This document shows positions 1-7,522 of a stretch of 24,000 nucleotides of DNA, one piece after another; positions within the stretch are counted from its first letter, which is position 1; every line of letters starts with the position of its first letter. The DNA is taken from contig JASEGJ010000010.1 in NCBI GenBank assembly GCA_030018135.1, positions 13,283 through 37,282 of the forward strand. Direction: 5' to 3'. Position numbers and translations under genes: made by a program. The stretch is from Candidatus Hodarchaeaceae archaeon. Its GTDB lineage: Archaea > Hadarchaeota > Hadarchaeia > Hadarchaeales > Hadarchaeaceae. Below the pieces are notes generated by a model, which saw only the letters and a list, made by a program, of their open reading frames with translations, was not told the DNA's origin and made no database searches.

Positions 1-174
1 GCAAGGTGGGATTTTTGCGGCCGCCCCGTCATAGACCGAAGAAAGGTCGTTTTGATGGACACGGGAATCCATCCGCGCTTCATCGCACCGAGCGTTGAGC
101 CTTTTGATCCGGCTGAGGAGGATTTACAAGCCGATAGCTCGCTTGCGGACCTCGGGATGAACCTCACGCCTTAA
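1..174 (+). CDS. 3' end of an unidentified protein-coding gene (partial, runs off the window start)
   Basis: Frame 1 is open from base 1 to TAA at 172-174 (..FCGRPVIDRRKVVLMDTGIHPRF..LADLGMNLTP*). No family recognised. Confidence 0.3.
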   Translation, partial: ARWDFCGRPVIDRRKVVLMDTGIHPRFIAPSVEPFDPAEEDLQADSSLADLGMNLTP

Positions 175-205
175 GATATCGAAGGGCGATGTTACATCGA
201 GTAAA

Positions 206-1252
206 ATGACTTGGGAAGCCTTGTTGGATCGGTATACGGCCCTCATCGACCGCAAGCTGGAGGGGCACTTCAGGTCGTTGAAAGAGGTGGCGAGTAAATA
301 CCACCATTTCATGCTCGAGACCTATGAAAACCTCGAGGAATATGTGCTCAGAAGGGGGAAAAGGTTGGCTTCGTGTAGCACCCTCCTCGCTTACAAGGGT
401 TATGCCGGCGATGTGGACGAAAAAATCCTCAATGTTGGCGTCGGCATAGAACTCTATAGGCATTCTATCCTAGTCCACGACGACTTGGTCGACGAGGATG
501 AAGCCAGAAGGGGCGGAAAATCGTTTCACGAGCTCTCCTCCGGAGTTCGCGGCCCAAAGTTTGGAGGGGGAGTTGCCATTTTCTTGGGCGATGCGGCATA
601 TGCCCTCTCGCTGGAGGCGATATTGAACTCTGGCTTCAGCGGGGAAGCGCTGCTTCGAGTGGTCCGGCTGTTGGCTGGGGGTTACCGTGAGGTGAACGAG
701 AGCCAGGTCCTCGATTTGCTTTTCGAGCACAAGGAGCCGGATGTCGAGGAGTGGTACGCAATGGCATCCAAAAGGGCGGCGTCCCTCTTCAAAGCCACGA
801 TATTAACCGGCGCCATCCTCGGCGGCGCGCCGGAGGAGGACCTGCGGACCCTGGGGGAAGCGGCGGTGAACATAGGCTACGCGTTCGACATCCAGGACGA
901 CATCATAGATACCTTCGCCACCGAGCAGCAGTACGGCAGGCCGCCTGGCGGGGACGTAGCCCGGGGTAAAAAGCCCCTCCACGTAGTGTACGCGCTTAAG
1001 TTGGCCGGGCCGGACGAGCTGGAGGTGTTTAAGGGCATCATAGGCAAGGGCAGGCTCACCTCGGAAGACCTCGAAACGGTGCGCGAGATCCTGAGGAGGA
1101 CGGGCGCCCTAAGGGCCGCGAAGGCCAAATCGGTGGAACACGCTGAGGAAGCGAAGGAGCTGATCGGAAGGACGCGAATGGACGGGGGAAGCAAGGAGTT
1201 CTTCAGCGCTTTCACCGATTACATCGCCCGAAGTCTGGACTGGTACAAGTAA
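206..1252 (+). CDS. Polyprenyl diphosphate synthase (geranylgeranyl-diphosphate-synthase-like trans-prenyltransferase)
   Basis: 348-aa ORF with both aspartate-rich motifs of trans-IPPS enzymes (LVHDDLVDEDEARRG and FDIQDDIID). Confidence 0.9.
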   Translation: MTWEALLDRYTALIDRKLEGHFRSLKEVASKYHHFMLETYENLEEYVLRRGKRLASCSTLLAYKGYAGDVDEKILNVGVGIELYRHSILVHDDLVDEDEARRGGKSFHELSSGVRGPKFGGGVAIFLGDAAYALSLEAILNSGFSGEALLRVVRLLAGGYREVNESQVLDLLFEHKEPDVEEWYAMASKRAASLFKATILTGAILGGAPEEDLRTLGEAAVNIGYAFDIQDDIIDTFATEQQYGRPPGGDVARGKKPLHVVYALKLAGPDELEVFKGIIGKGRLTSEDLETVREILRRTGALRAAKAKSVEHAEEAKELIGRTRMDGGSKEFFSAFTDYIARSLDWYK

Positions 1253-1312
1253 CATTGGATCGGCCCAAGTGCTATTTAGCCGGCCCGCCGCTGGAGCCGA
1301 TTCGCGTCACGC

Positions 1313-3118
1313 TCACGCGTACTTGCTCAACCCGAGTTCCTTAAGCTTCTCCGGCGTCGGCCTCCCGTCCTTCCATCCTCGCAATTTGTAGTACTCGTCG
1401 AGCATCGCGTCGAGCTTTACCACATGTCCCTTTGCCGGACCTTCGGGCATTGGCTCCTTCAGGAGCCTTGAGGGTAGCGTGTCGTGTTCGCGCCCGAAGC
1501 CCTCGCGGTTTATGAAGAGCCGCTCGAGGTTGTAGATCCGCTCGCCCGCCTTCAGCAGGTCGTCGGCCGACCAATTCCAGCCAGCGATGGCGTTGAGGAG
1601 TTCGGCGATCTCCGGTGCACCGAACGCGAAGGTCAGGAACTTGCAAACGACTGCCGAGTCGCAAACCGCGAAGAGATCTTGGAAGGTCTTCACCCACCGC
1701 GCCTTGCCATCGGTCGCGAACCCATCGAGGCGCTCGGGGATGCCCAAGATTTCCGGCGCGATCATGTAGGCCCGCAAGTGACAGCCGCCCCGGTTGCTGG
1801 TCGCATAGCCAAGCCCATGGCCTTGTACCCCGCGGGGGTCGTAAGCAGGCAACTCCAGTCCCTTGACATGCATCGCGAGCTCGGGCACGCCATATTTCTC
1901 CGCCAGCCTCTTAGCGCCCAGCGCGATATCGTCTCCGAAGCCGACGCGATAGGCGGTTCTCCAGGCGAGTTCGACAATCACCTGGGGGTTGCCGAACCTG
2001 AGTTCAAGCCCTCCAAGCCTCTCCTTTGAGATCTTGCCCCTCTCGTACAGCTCCATCGCGCAGCCCACGGTATTGCCGTAGGAGATCGGGTCGATGCCCA
2101 GCTCATCGCACAGGTTATGCGCTTTGGTTATGGCATTGAGGTCGTCGATGCCGCAGTTTGCGCCCAACGACCAATCCGTCTCGTACTCCGGCCCCTCGCC
2201 CTCGACTTGGTACGGCGGTTGGGTCACCCGAGTAACCCTACCACAGGCTATCGGACAGCCCCAACAAGCCTTGTTTTTGACGAGGATCGTCTTGGCGATG
2301 GTCTCGCCGCTCGTCTTGTCCGCGGTCGGAAAAGTGCCCGTCTGGAAGTTGCGCGTCGGGTAGATGCCGTGCTCGTTGATGATGTTCACAAGCACGGCGG
2401 TGCCGTAGGTGGGCAACGCTTGACCGGTTACGCCGCTATCCTTGATCATCTTCAGCACCTTCGCCACGGCTTCCCTGAGCTTTCCCTCATCAGCGATAGG
2501 AGGCTTTTTGGTCCCCCGCACCGCGACCGCCTTCAGGCGCTTGGAGCCCATCACCGCGCCAGCTGCGGTTCTGCCGGCCGCGCGGTGCTTGTCGTTGATG
2601 ATCGCGGCGCACATCGCGAGGTTCTCGCCGGCGGGTCCAATCGATGCGACCTTGATTTGAGAGTCGCCGAGTTCCCTCCTGATGTCGTCCTCGGTGTCCC
2701 AGGTGCCCTTGCCCCAATAGCGCTTCGCAGGCTTGAGTTCCGCCTCGCCATTATGGAGCCACAGGTAAACTGGCTCGCTTGCCCTGCCCTCCAGTATTAT
2801 GCCCTCGTAGCCCGCGAATCTCAGCTCGGGGCCGAAATCCCCGCCGCAGTTGGTGTCGCCTATACCGCCGGTCAGGGGCGACTTGGTGATCACGTGAAAC
2901 CTGCCGCTCGCGGGAAATGCCGTTCCCGTGGCCGGACCGACCATGAAAAGCAGCTTGTTTTCTGGCCCCAGGGGGTCTACGCCCGGTTTGAACTCGTCCA
3001 TGAGTAACTTCACGCCCAAGCCGCGCCCACCCATGAATTTCTCGACATCCTCGTCATCGACCATTTCGTCCCTCATGGAGCCCGACGAAAGGTCGACTCG
3101 GAGCAATTTCAATTTCAT
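1313..3118 (-). CDS. aor: Aldehyde:ferredoxin oxidoreductase family (tungstopterin enzyme)
   Basis: 601-aa ORF. AOR-type N terminus (MKLKLLRVDLSSG..FMGGRGLG), Fe-S ligand motif CWGCPIAC, GGCHLRA segment. GGAGG-like site just upstream of the ATG. Confidence 0.9.
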   Translation of the reverse strand: MKLKLLRVDLSSGSMRDEMVDDEDVEKFMGGRGLGVKLLMDEFKPGVDPLGPENKLLFMVGPATGTAFPASGRFHVITKSPLTGGIGDTNCGGDFGPELRFAGYEGIILEGRASEPVYLWLHNGEAELKPAKRYWGKGTWDTEDDIRRELGDSQIKVASIGPAGENLAMCAAIINDKHRAAGRTAAGAVMGSKRLKAVAVRGTKKPPIADEGKLREAVAKVLKMIKDSGVTGQALPTYGTAVLVNIINEHGIYPTRNFQTGTFPTADKTSGETIAKTILVKNKACWGCPIACGRVTRVTQPPYQVEGEGPEYETDWSLGANCGIDDLNAITKAHNLCDELGIDPISYGNTVGCAMELYERGKISKERLGGLELRFGNPQVIVELAWRTAYRVGFGDDIALGAKRLAEKYGVPELAMHVKGLELPAYDPRGVQGHGLGYATSNRGGCHLRAYMIAPEILGIPERLDGFATDGKARWVKTFQDLFAVCDSAVVCKFLTFAFGAPEIAELLNAIAGWNWSADDLLKAGERIYNLERLFINREGFGREHDTLPSRLLKEPMPEGPAKGHVVKLDAMLDEYYKLRGWKDGRPTPEKLKELGLSKYA

Positions 3119-3257
3119 CTCCAGTCCTCCAACGGTTCAATAACGCTTACTGGTTTAAGTAAGTTTTGAAGTTAGGGCAGTCAGTTATAAACAATTCAGC
3201 AACCAAAATCATTTGGAAATGTAGAGTAAAGTTCGGATGACCTTAGCACTAGCGAGC

Positions 3258-3265
3258 TATTTAAT
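3258..3265 (+). promoter_or_regulatory. TATA-like box for tRNA-Gln(UUG)
   Basis: TATTTAAT lies about 26-33 nt upstream of tRNA position 1 (3291). Confidence 0.45.
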
Positions 3266-3290
3266 CGTGGGGAATCAAAACTTAAAGGGT

Positions 3291-3425
3291 AGCCCCGTGG
3301 GGTAGACCAGTAAAGCTGGGCCTAATGGTCAGGGTTCAAAGCCCCCATAAAAGCCTTCGGGCCTTTGGAGCCCGTGACCCCGGTTCGAAATCGGCCAGCC
3401 GACGAAGTTCCGGGCGGGGCTACCA
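3291..3425 (+). tRNA. tRNA-Gln (anticodon UUG) with three non-canonical introns and genomically encoded CCA
   Basis: Acceptor AGCCCCG/CGGGGCT (A1-U72), then A and CCA. Anticodon arm CGGGC-CTTTGGA-GCCCG at 3358-3374, anticodon TTG at 3365-3367. T stem CCCGG 3379-3383 / CCGGG 3410-3414. A 73-nt cloverleaf needs removal of about 3306-3325, 3332-3351 and 3390-3408. Confidence 0.8.
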
Positions 3426-3426
3426 T

Positions 3427-3621
3427 TTTTGTTAAGTAGTCTTGAGAAGTCGGATCGCCGAAGGACGTGGGGCAATTATCGCTTTTTAGCCGCTTTATTG
3501 CCTCCTTAAGGGCGTTTTCCGCGACCCGTGAAATGTTCAGGCCCGCATCCTTCGCTTCCTTCAAGATAGCAGGATCAAGGGTGATTGCGGTTATCTGGCG
3601 CTTTCGGTTTGGTCCCTTCAT
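3427..3621 (-). CDS. Candidate int(N): N-terminal ~65-aa fragment of a partitioned SSV-type integrase (alternatively a separate small ribbon-helix-helix-like protein)
   Basis: ORF 3322..3621 starts MKGPNRKRQITAITLDPAILKEAKDAGLNISRVAENALKEAIKRLK. It then reads through the tRNA 3' half as MVAPPGTSSAGRFRTGVTGSKG. That is the same phase as GRIRTGVAGSKG at the N terminus of the recombinase ORF at 5050..5940. Confidence 0.45.
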
Positions 3622-3915
3622 GTATATACACTCCTATGCACTCTCAGCCTCTTCAAGCACTTCTTTCAATCTCCTAGATATAATCCCCTTGATGTTTTCC
3701 ATACTCTGCTCCTCCGCGAGGCGGCAAAGTTGTTCTATTCGCTCAGGAGACAACTTGCGGCCCCGCCCTCGCCTGCTCGATGCTGCACACTATTAAAAAC
3801 CACTTTGCCAACCGAGACAGTGCATCGCCCATATTAAACCACGCGACATAAAAACTCGGCGCGATCTTTTTTTAGATTTTTAAGGAAATAAAAAAAGAGA
3901 GTTTGGGGCCCTAGG

Positions 3916-4392
3916 ATGGACTGGAGAGAATTTCTTCCTGTACATGAGTATAAAGCGTGGGTCGAAGACGCTCGAGATAAATTGGAGGAAGCGAAGAAGG
4001 ATCTAGATGACTTTCCTTTTAGTGCCTTTCAACGGGCCCATGAATCTGCCGAATTTTTATTAAAAGCCGTTTTGGTCCGTGCGGGCAAATTCGGTAGAAA
4101 AAATCGAATCCACCAATTACCACCGCTTCTGGATAAGATAGATCGCGAAAAATGCCTTCCACCCGGAGCGATTACTAAAGCACGAGAAATTGTGCCAGAA
4201 CTCGAGATTATAAATGTGGGCGGCCCGCGACCAGCCCCTACGCATGTCGACTCCATTACATACACAGCCGAGGTTGAATATCCGAAGGCAGGAATGTCTT
4301 CTACCGATCGAATATCAAAGGAAATGGCTGAGGAAAAAATATGTTTGTCACAACAACTGCTTGAATTATTACTTCCTTATTTGGACTGTTAA
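3916..4392 (+). CDS. HEPN-domain protein
   Basis: 158-aa ORF, helical. HEPN-like segment AHESAEFLLKAVL followed by an R-x4-H motif (GRKNRIHQL). AT-rich TATA-like sequence upstream (3870-3895). Confidence 0.7.
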   Translation: MDWREFLPVHEYKAWVEDARDKLEEAKKDLDDFPFSAFQRAHESAEFLLKAVLVRAGKFGRKNRIHQLPPLLDKIDREKCLPPGAITKAREIVPELEIINVGGPRPAPTHVDSITYTAEVEYPKAGMSSTDRISKEMAEEKICLSQQLLELLLPYLDC

Positions 4393-4402
4393 ATTGGCGC
4401 TG

Positions 4403-4687
4403 TTAACTTTTCTTTTTCCTCAACAATCTTCTTATTTGCTCTTCCTGTCTATTGTACCATTTATCAAAGAGCAGATACCCAAAGGGTAAATGAATGCCAA
4501 AGATTCCGAGTCCTCAGAAAATTAGGGGCCAGTGAAACCATATCTTTTCCGGCACAACTACGAGGTTGTAAACTGGAAAAATAACTGCGTTGAAAACCAA
4601 GTATATCACGAGATGGCAAAGGAAACCTTTTTTTGCTTCTCTCTTTTCCACAACTCTTCTCGCTTCTCTGTAATCCTTCACACTCAT
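4403..4687 (-). pseudogene. 2TM-domain small membrane protein interrupted by an in-frame TGA (4514-4516)
   Basis: My translation: MSVKDYREARRVVEKREAKKGFLCHLVIYLVFNAVIFPVYNLVVVPEKIWFHWPLIF-TGA-GLGIFGIHLPFGYLLFDKWYNRQEEQIRRLLRKKKS*. The TGA sits where this family usually has Trp (W-G-x-G-L). Below the ORF-track size cutoff. Confidence 0.5.
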
Positions 4688-4973
4688 TTTTTCACATCCA
4701 TCGGTGTGATATTGCTTCCTTAAAAGGTTGATGGAGGTATTAAGTTAACACCTATGTGAATCGCGAGGTTTTTTATTCATTTCGGTTTTCTCACTATCAC
4801 CTCATCGGTTTTGGGCATGATTGCATACACCTATCCGCGGTCTTTCGCCGCAATATAGTTTTTCGCTCGGGGCCCTCAATCAAACCCACGCGGTCAAAGC
4901 CGCAATTGAATTCCCGAGGTGCCCCTGCCCCTTTTGTTTCTCCCTTTGATGGTTGTGGGAGCATGATATTCAC

Positions 4974-5003
4974 CCGCCTCTCATCGAATAGTTTGAGAGG
5001 CGG
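4974..5003. repeat. Inverted repeat (9-bp stem, 12-nt loop) downstream of the integrase stop
   Basis: CCGCCTCTC (4974-4982) / GAGAGGCGG (4995-5003). Confidence 0.4.
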
Positions 5004-5049
5004 ATCCCTTAAAGCCGAGCGATTCATCATCCTATCAGCACCGTTAAAT

Positions 5050-5940
5050 TTACGAGAGAACTTTTAACCCCGCGCCATCGTATATCCTCTTTAACCGTTC
5101 GGGAGAGAAGTCCGTGTAATGCCTCGCCAGCACGCTCCTCGGAACCCGCCCACAGAAGGCATCGACGTATCTGTCTGCAACGCCCAACTCGCCCATCTCG
5201 GAGCAGAACCAGTCGCGCAAAATCTGGGGCGTGATCTTAACGCCCGATGCCTCGCTCGCCCGCTTGAACCACCTATCAATTCGACTACTCCGCCACGGAA
5301 AGAGCCTTTGGTCGGCGCTCACGTCCCGCCCGTTGAGGTATTCTCTCAGCGCTTGCTCCGCTTCTCGGTTGAAAAATGACGCCCATCTTTTCTTTGTTAT
5401 TGTGCTTGTTACGTTTGGCAGCACCATTCTCTTGTCAAGGTCGATGTCGCCTATCTTGAGCGATGCGACCTCATCTCGCCTAAGCCCCGATGTGGCGAGC
5501 ATCAGGAACACCGCACGTTCAAATGGCCTTTTGAGCGCTTCGTAAAATCGCTTCAACTCTTCCTTGGTCGGCACCCTTTTCGGCTTGAACTCTTGGCGCG
5601 GTAATTTGAACGTCGCCACTATTTCGCCTCTGCCCAAGAAGTCGCGGAAAAATCTTCTAAATGCTTTAAGAATGTTGGCGCGAGTCGAGGCGCTTGAATC
5701 CTTAAAGCCCGCGAGATAATCTCTAATAACATCGGTCGAAACTTCAGCGCCGTTTAACCATCTCAAGAATCGTTTAATTTCACGACAATGATCTTGGGCG
5801 GTGGCCTCGGACAGCGATAGGTCGATCGTGCAAAATTTCTTGAACTTCTCCAAAACATCAGGATCGAACGTTATGCCTTTGGAGCCCGCGACGCCGGTTC
5901 GAATCCGGCCGGGGCTACTAAATTTTAGGAAAAGTCGCAT
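5050..5940 (-). CDS. Tyrosine recombinase/integrase, C-terminal catalytic part (int(C) of an SSV-type partitioned integrase)
   Basis: 296-aa ORF. N-terminal residues SSPGRIRTGVAGSKG are the translated tRNA 3' half. SAM-like core-binding region present. Catalytic-type residues ATSGLRRDE (Arg), ILRDW (the xxR Arg) and C-terminal VLARHYTD (Tyr). The ATG at 5940 lies outside the repeat, so it is probably fortuitous. Confidence 0.85.
   Translation of the reverse strand: MRLFLKFSSPGRIRTGVAGSKGITFDPDVLEKFKKFCTIDLSLSEATAQDHCREIKRFLRWLNGAEVSTDVIRDYLAGFKDSSASTRANILKAFRRFFRDFLGRGEIVATFKLPRQEFKPKRVPTKEELKRFYEALKRPFERAVFLMLATSGLRRDEVASLKIGDIDLDKRMVLPNVTSTITKKRWASFFNREAEQALREYLNGRDVSADQRLFPWRSSRIDRWFKRASEASGVKITPQILRDWFCSEMGELGVADRYVDAFCGRVPRSVLARHYTDFSPERLKRIYDGAGLKVLS
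5875..5917 (+). other. Intron-less partial copy of the tRNA-Gln(UUG) 3' half (right att repeat)
   Basis: GCCTTTGGAGCCCGCGACGCCGGTTCGAATCCGGCCGGGGCTA: anticodon loop to discriminator, canonical T arm GCCGG-TTCGAAT-CCGGC, no 5' half, followed by CTA instead of CCA. Confidence 0.8.
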
Positions 5941-5985
5941 TTTTTTCGCCGCACGTAAGCTTAATATCGGCGATGCGCAAGTAAA

Positions 5986-6210
5986 ATGAGGCGAGGGCTC
6001 ATGGCCGTGGTTGAAAGGGGGTTAAGGAAGGTAGGGATAACGGTTTCCAAGCCGGTCTTGGCCACGACGTGCATCATCTTCGGGCTGCTGGTCATAATTT
6101 TTTCAGAACTCCTCCAGTGGATAGTCGGATTGTTCCTGATAACCCAGGGAATGCTCATATTGGCCGACTACATGAAACTCAAGAGGCACCAAGCACGCCT
6201 AACAGGCTGA
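5986..6210 (+). CDS. Small two-helix membrane protein (DUF3096-like pattern)
   Basis: 74-aa ORF with two hydrophobic helices (ATTCIIFGLLVIIF.. and WIVGLFLITQGMLIL). Start could be the second ATG. Confidence 0.5.
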   Translation: MRRGLMAVVERGLRKVGITVSKPVLATTCIIFGLLVIIFSELLQWIVGLFLITQGMLILADYMKLKRHQARLTG

Positions 6211-6279
6211 ACTCGAAACGGGTAGGCGACATGATTGTGGGGCGTTATGAAGCGCCACGCCCCAGCTGCCAGAATTTCG

Positions 6280-6966
6280 CTATACCAACATCAATTCGAC
6301 CAATTCGTGGAGGTTTTTAGCCCGCCTTACCTCAATGCCGGGCGCCCTTGGCACGCCGGTTTGATTGGAGGCCACGATGAAAACTTTAAAGCCGGCCTCC
6401 TCGGCGACGCGCAGTTTCACGTCGATCTCCCCGACAGGTCCGAGCCTGCCGTACCCGTCCAAGGTCGCGCTGACGATCGCATCTCGGCGCACTTCCCTAT
6501 TTTCGATCGCGGCGACCAACACGACCCCCATCGCGCCGCCAGCTGATGGGCCGGCGATGACCTCGACATCCGCCTCGATGGAGAAGACGACATCCGCTGA
6601 GGAGAGGTCAAAACCCGTCTCCCGCTCGGCGGCCAGTTTGGCGTTCCTAGCGGACTTCTGGGTGTCCTCGTTCTCGTAGGGCGGCACGCTGATGAGCACC
6701 CGTCCCTTGCCCAAGCCAAGCTCGACGGTAAGCGTTGCCAGCCTCCCCTCCCCCCGCCCCTGCTTGACGACGCCCACGATCGCCGTGGAGCGCGCGCTGA
6801 CCCCGCCCTCCGCAAGCTCCAAGGGAGGTCTCGTGGCGTACCAGCTGGAGGCGAGCGTGCCGCCGAGGCAAAGGCCTATCAAGAAGGCGGCGACTAAAAG
6901 GCCCTTCAAACTCGACCCTTTTGCCCGGTGCAGCTCAAGCTGGTCCATGAGGCTCATGCGGGTCAC
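6280..6966 (-). CDS. Membrane-anchored Lon-protease-like S16 proteolytic domain protein (no ATPase domain)
   Basis: 228-aa ORF. N-terminal TM helix (LLVAAFLIGLCLGG), Lon catalytic-serine motif IAGPSAGGAM, downstream Lys (DVKLRVAEEAGFK). Confidence 0.75.
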   Translation of the reverse strand: MTRMSLMDQLELHRAKGSSLKGLLVAAFLIGLCLGGTLASSWYATRPPLELAEGGVSARSTAIVGVVKQGRGEGRLATLTVELGLGKGRVLISVPPYENEDTQKSARNAKLAAERETGFDLSSADVVFSIEADVEVIAGPSAGGAMGVVLVAAIENREVRRDAIVSATLDGYGRLGPVGEIDVKLRVAEEAGFKVFIVASNQTGVPRAPGIEVRRAKNLHELVELMLV

Positions 6967-7006
6967 ATAACCGCCAACCTAATTTAATAGTTGTCCAATC
7001 TTAAAT

Positions 7007-7459
7007 TTGGATTCCATGATAAGATACACGGGACTAAAATTCCAAGTGGCGGTGGATGTGGCGTTCGTGTTCATTCTGGCGCCACTGTACTTCATCTTAC
7101 GTTCAAACTTGCCCCTGTTACAACATGAGATTAAAGTGCTCTTCAGCGCCAGCTACGTAATACTTGCGTTGAGCATCCTAGTCCTCTTTCTAATTTTCGG
7201 GATGAACCCAAAGCTTTCGCTTTTGATTCACGTCGCCCTCTTCCCCATGCTGGGTGCCTTCTACCTCTTTCTGAAGTGGATGCCGGACGCGATCAGGAAG
7301 GTCGGGGGTGTGCCGCCTTACGGCTCCGATCCGGGGATGTTCTCGGCGAACATGCTGGCTTACCTGATAGTACTTTTTGGATATTTTATTGGCCAGCTCG
7401 TCCTTTACCTGCACGAGCAGAAGCTGGTGCCGGTACCATATTATCGGCCCATCGAATAG
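7007..7459 (+). CDS. Polytopic membrane protein, function unknown
   Basis: 150-aa ORF with about four hydrophobic segments. Start ambiguous (TTG 7007 or ATG 7016). Confidence 0.5.
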   Translation: MDSMIRYTGLKFQVAVDVAFVFILAPLYFILRSNLPLLQHEIKVLFSASYVILALSILVLFLIFGMNPKLSLLIHVALFPMLGAFYLFLKWMPDAIRKVGGVPPYGSDPGMFSANMLAYLIVLFGYFIGQLVLYLHEQKLVPVPYYRPIE

Positions 7460-7491
7460 GTGCGCGCGGATCGCCACATTGAGAAGCAAGC

Positions 7492-7501
7492 TTATTAAAA
7501 A
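7492..7501 (+). promoter_or_regulatory. TATA-like box for tRNA-Gln(CUG)
   Basis: TTATTAAAAA lies about 22-31 nt upstream of tRNA position 1 (7523). Confidence 0.45.
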
Positions 7502-7522
7502 TGGAGGATACTCCTAATCGGT

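Larger units (their letters stand above)
3361..5917. mobile_element. Integrated-element remnant (~2.5 kb) in tRNA-Gln(UUG), bounded by imperfect direct repeats of the tRNA 3' half
   Basis: 3361-3422 and 5875-5917 share GCCTTTGGAGCCCG, then GAC, CCGGTTCGAA and CGGGGCTA. A tyrosine recombinase reads out of the right repeat and a short ORF reads into the left repeat. The interior (about 3430-4800) is visibly more AT-rich than the flanks. Confidence 0.6.

Noticed and set aside
2117-3007. 296-aa ORF on the plus strand inside the AOR locus. Similar long antisense ORFs occur at 9086-9637, 11644-12198, 12192-12749, 14706-15680 and 18321-19013.
   Set aside because: Each lies fully antisense to a gene with clear family motifs. 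They are Arg/Pro/Ala/Gly-rich with low-complexity composition and lack recognisable motifs. This is typical of stop-poor shadow frames in GC-rich DNA.
3132-3160. 6-bp inverted repeat CTTACT-N6-AGTAAG in the AOR 5' region as a regulator site.
   Set aside because: It is a single short occurrence with no second copy in the window, so it cannot be distinguished from chance.
4514-4516. TGA at a conserved Trp position of the 2TM gene, read as evidence for TGA=Trp recoding.
   Set aside because: Other genes in the window terminate at TGA at their expected ends (for example moaE and SepCysS). The gene sits in a decaying mobile remnant, so a single G-to-A nonsense mutation explains it.
4756-5067. ORFs of 103 aa (plus strand) and 77 aa (minus strand, 4797-5030) inside the integrated element.
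   Set aside because: They overlap each other, have no recognisable motifs and unusual composition. The region also contains a strong inverted repeat (4974-5003), so it may be non-coding. Left unannotated as genes.
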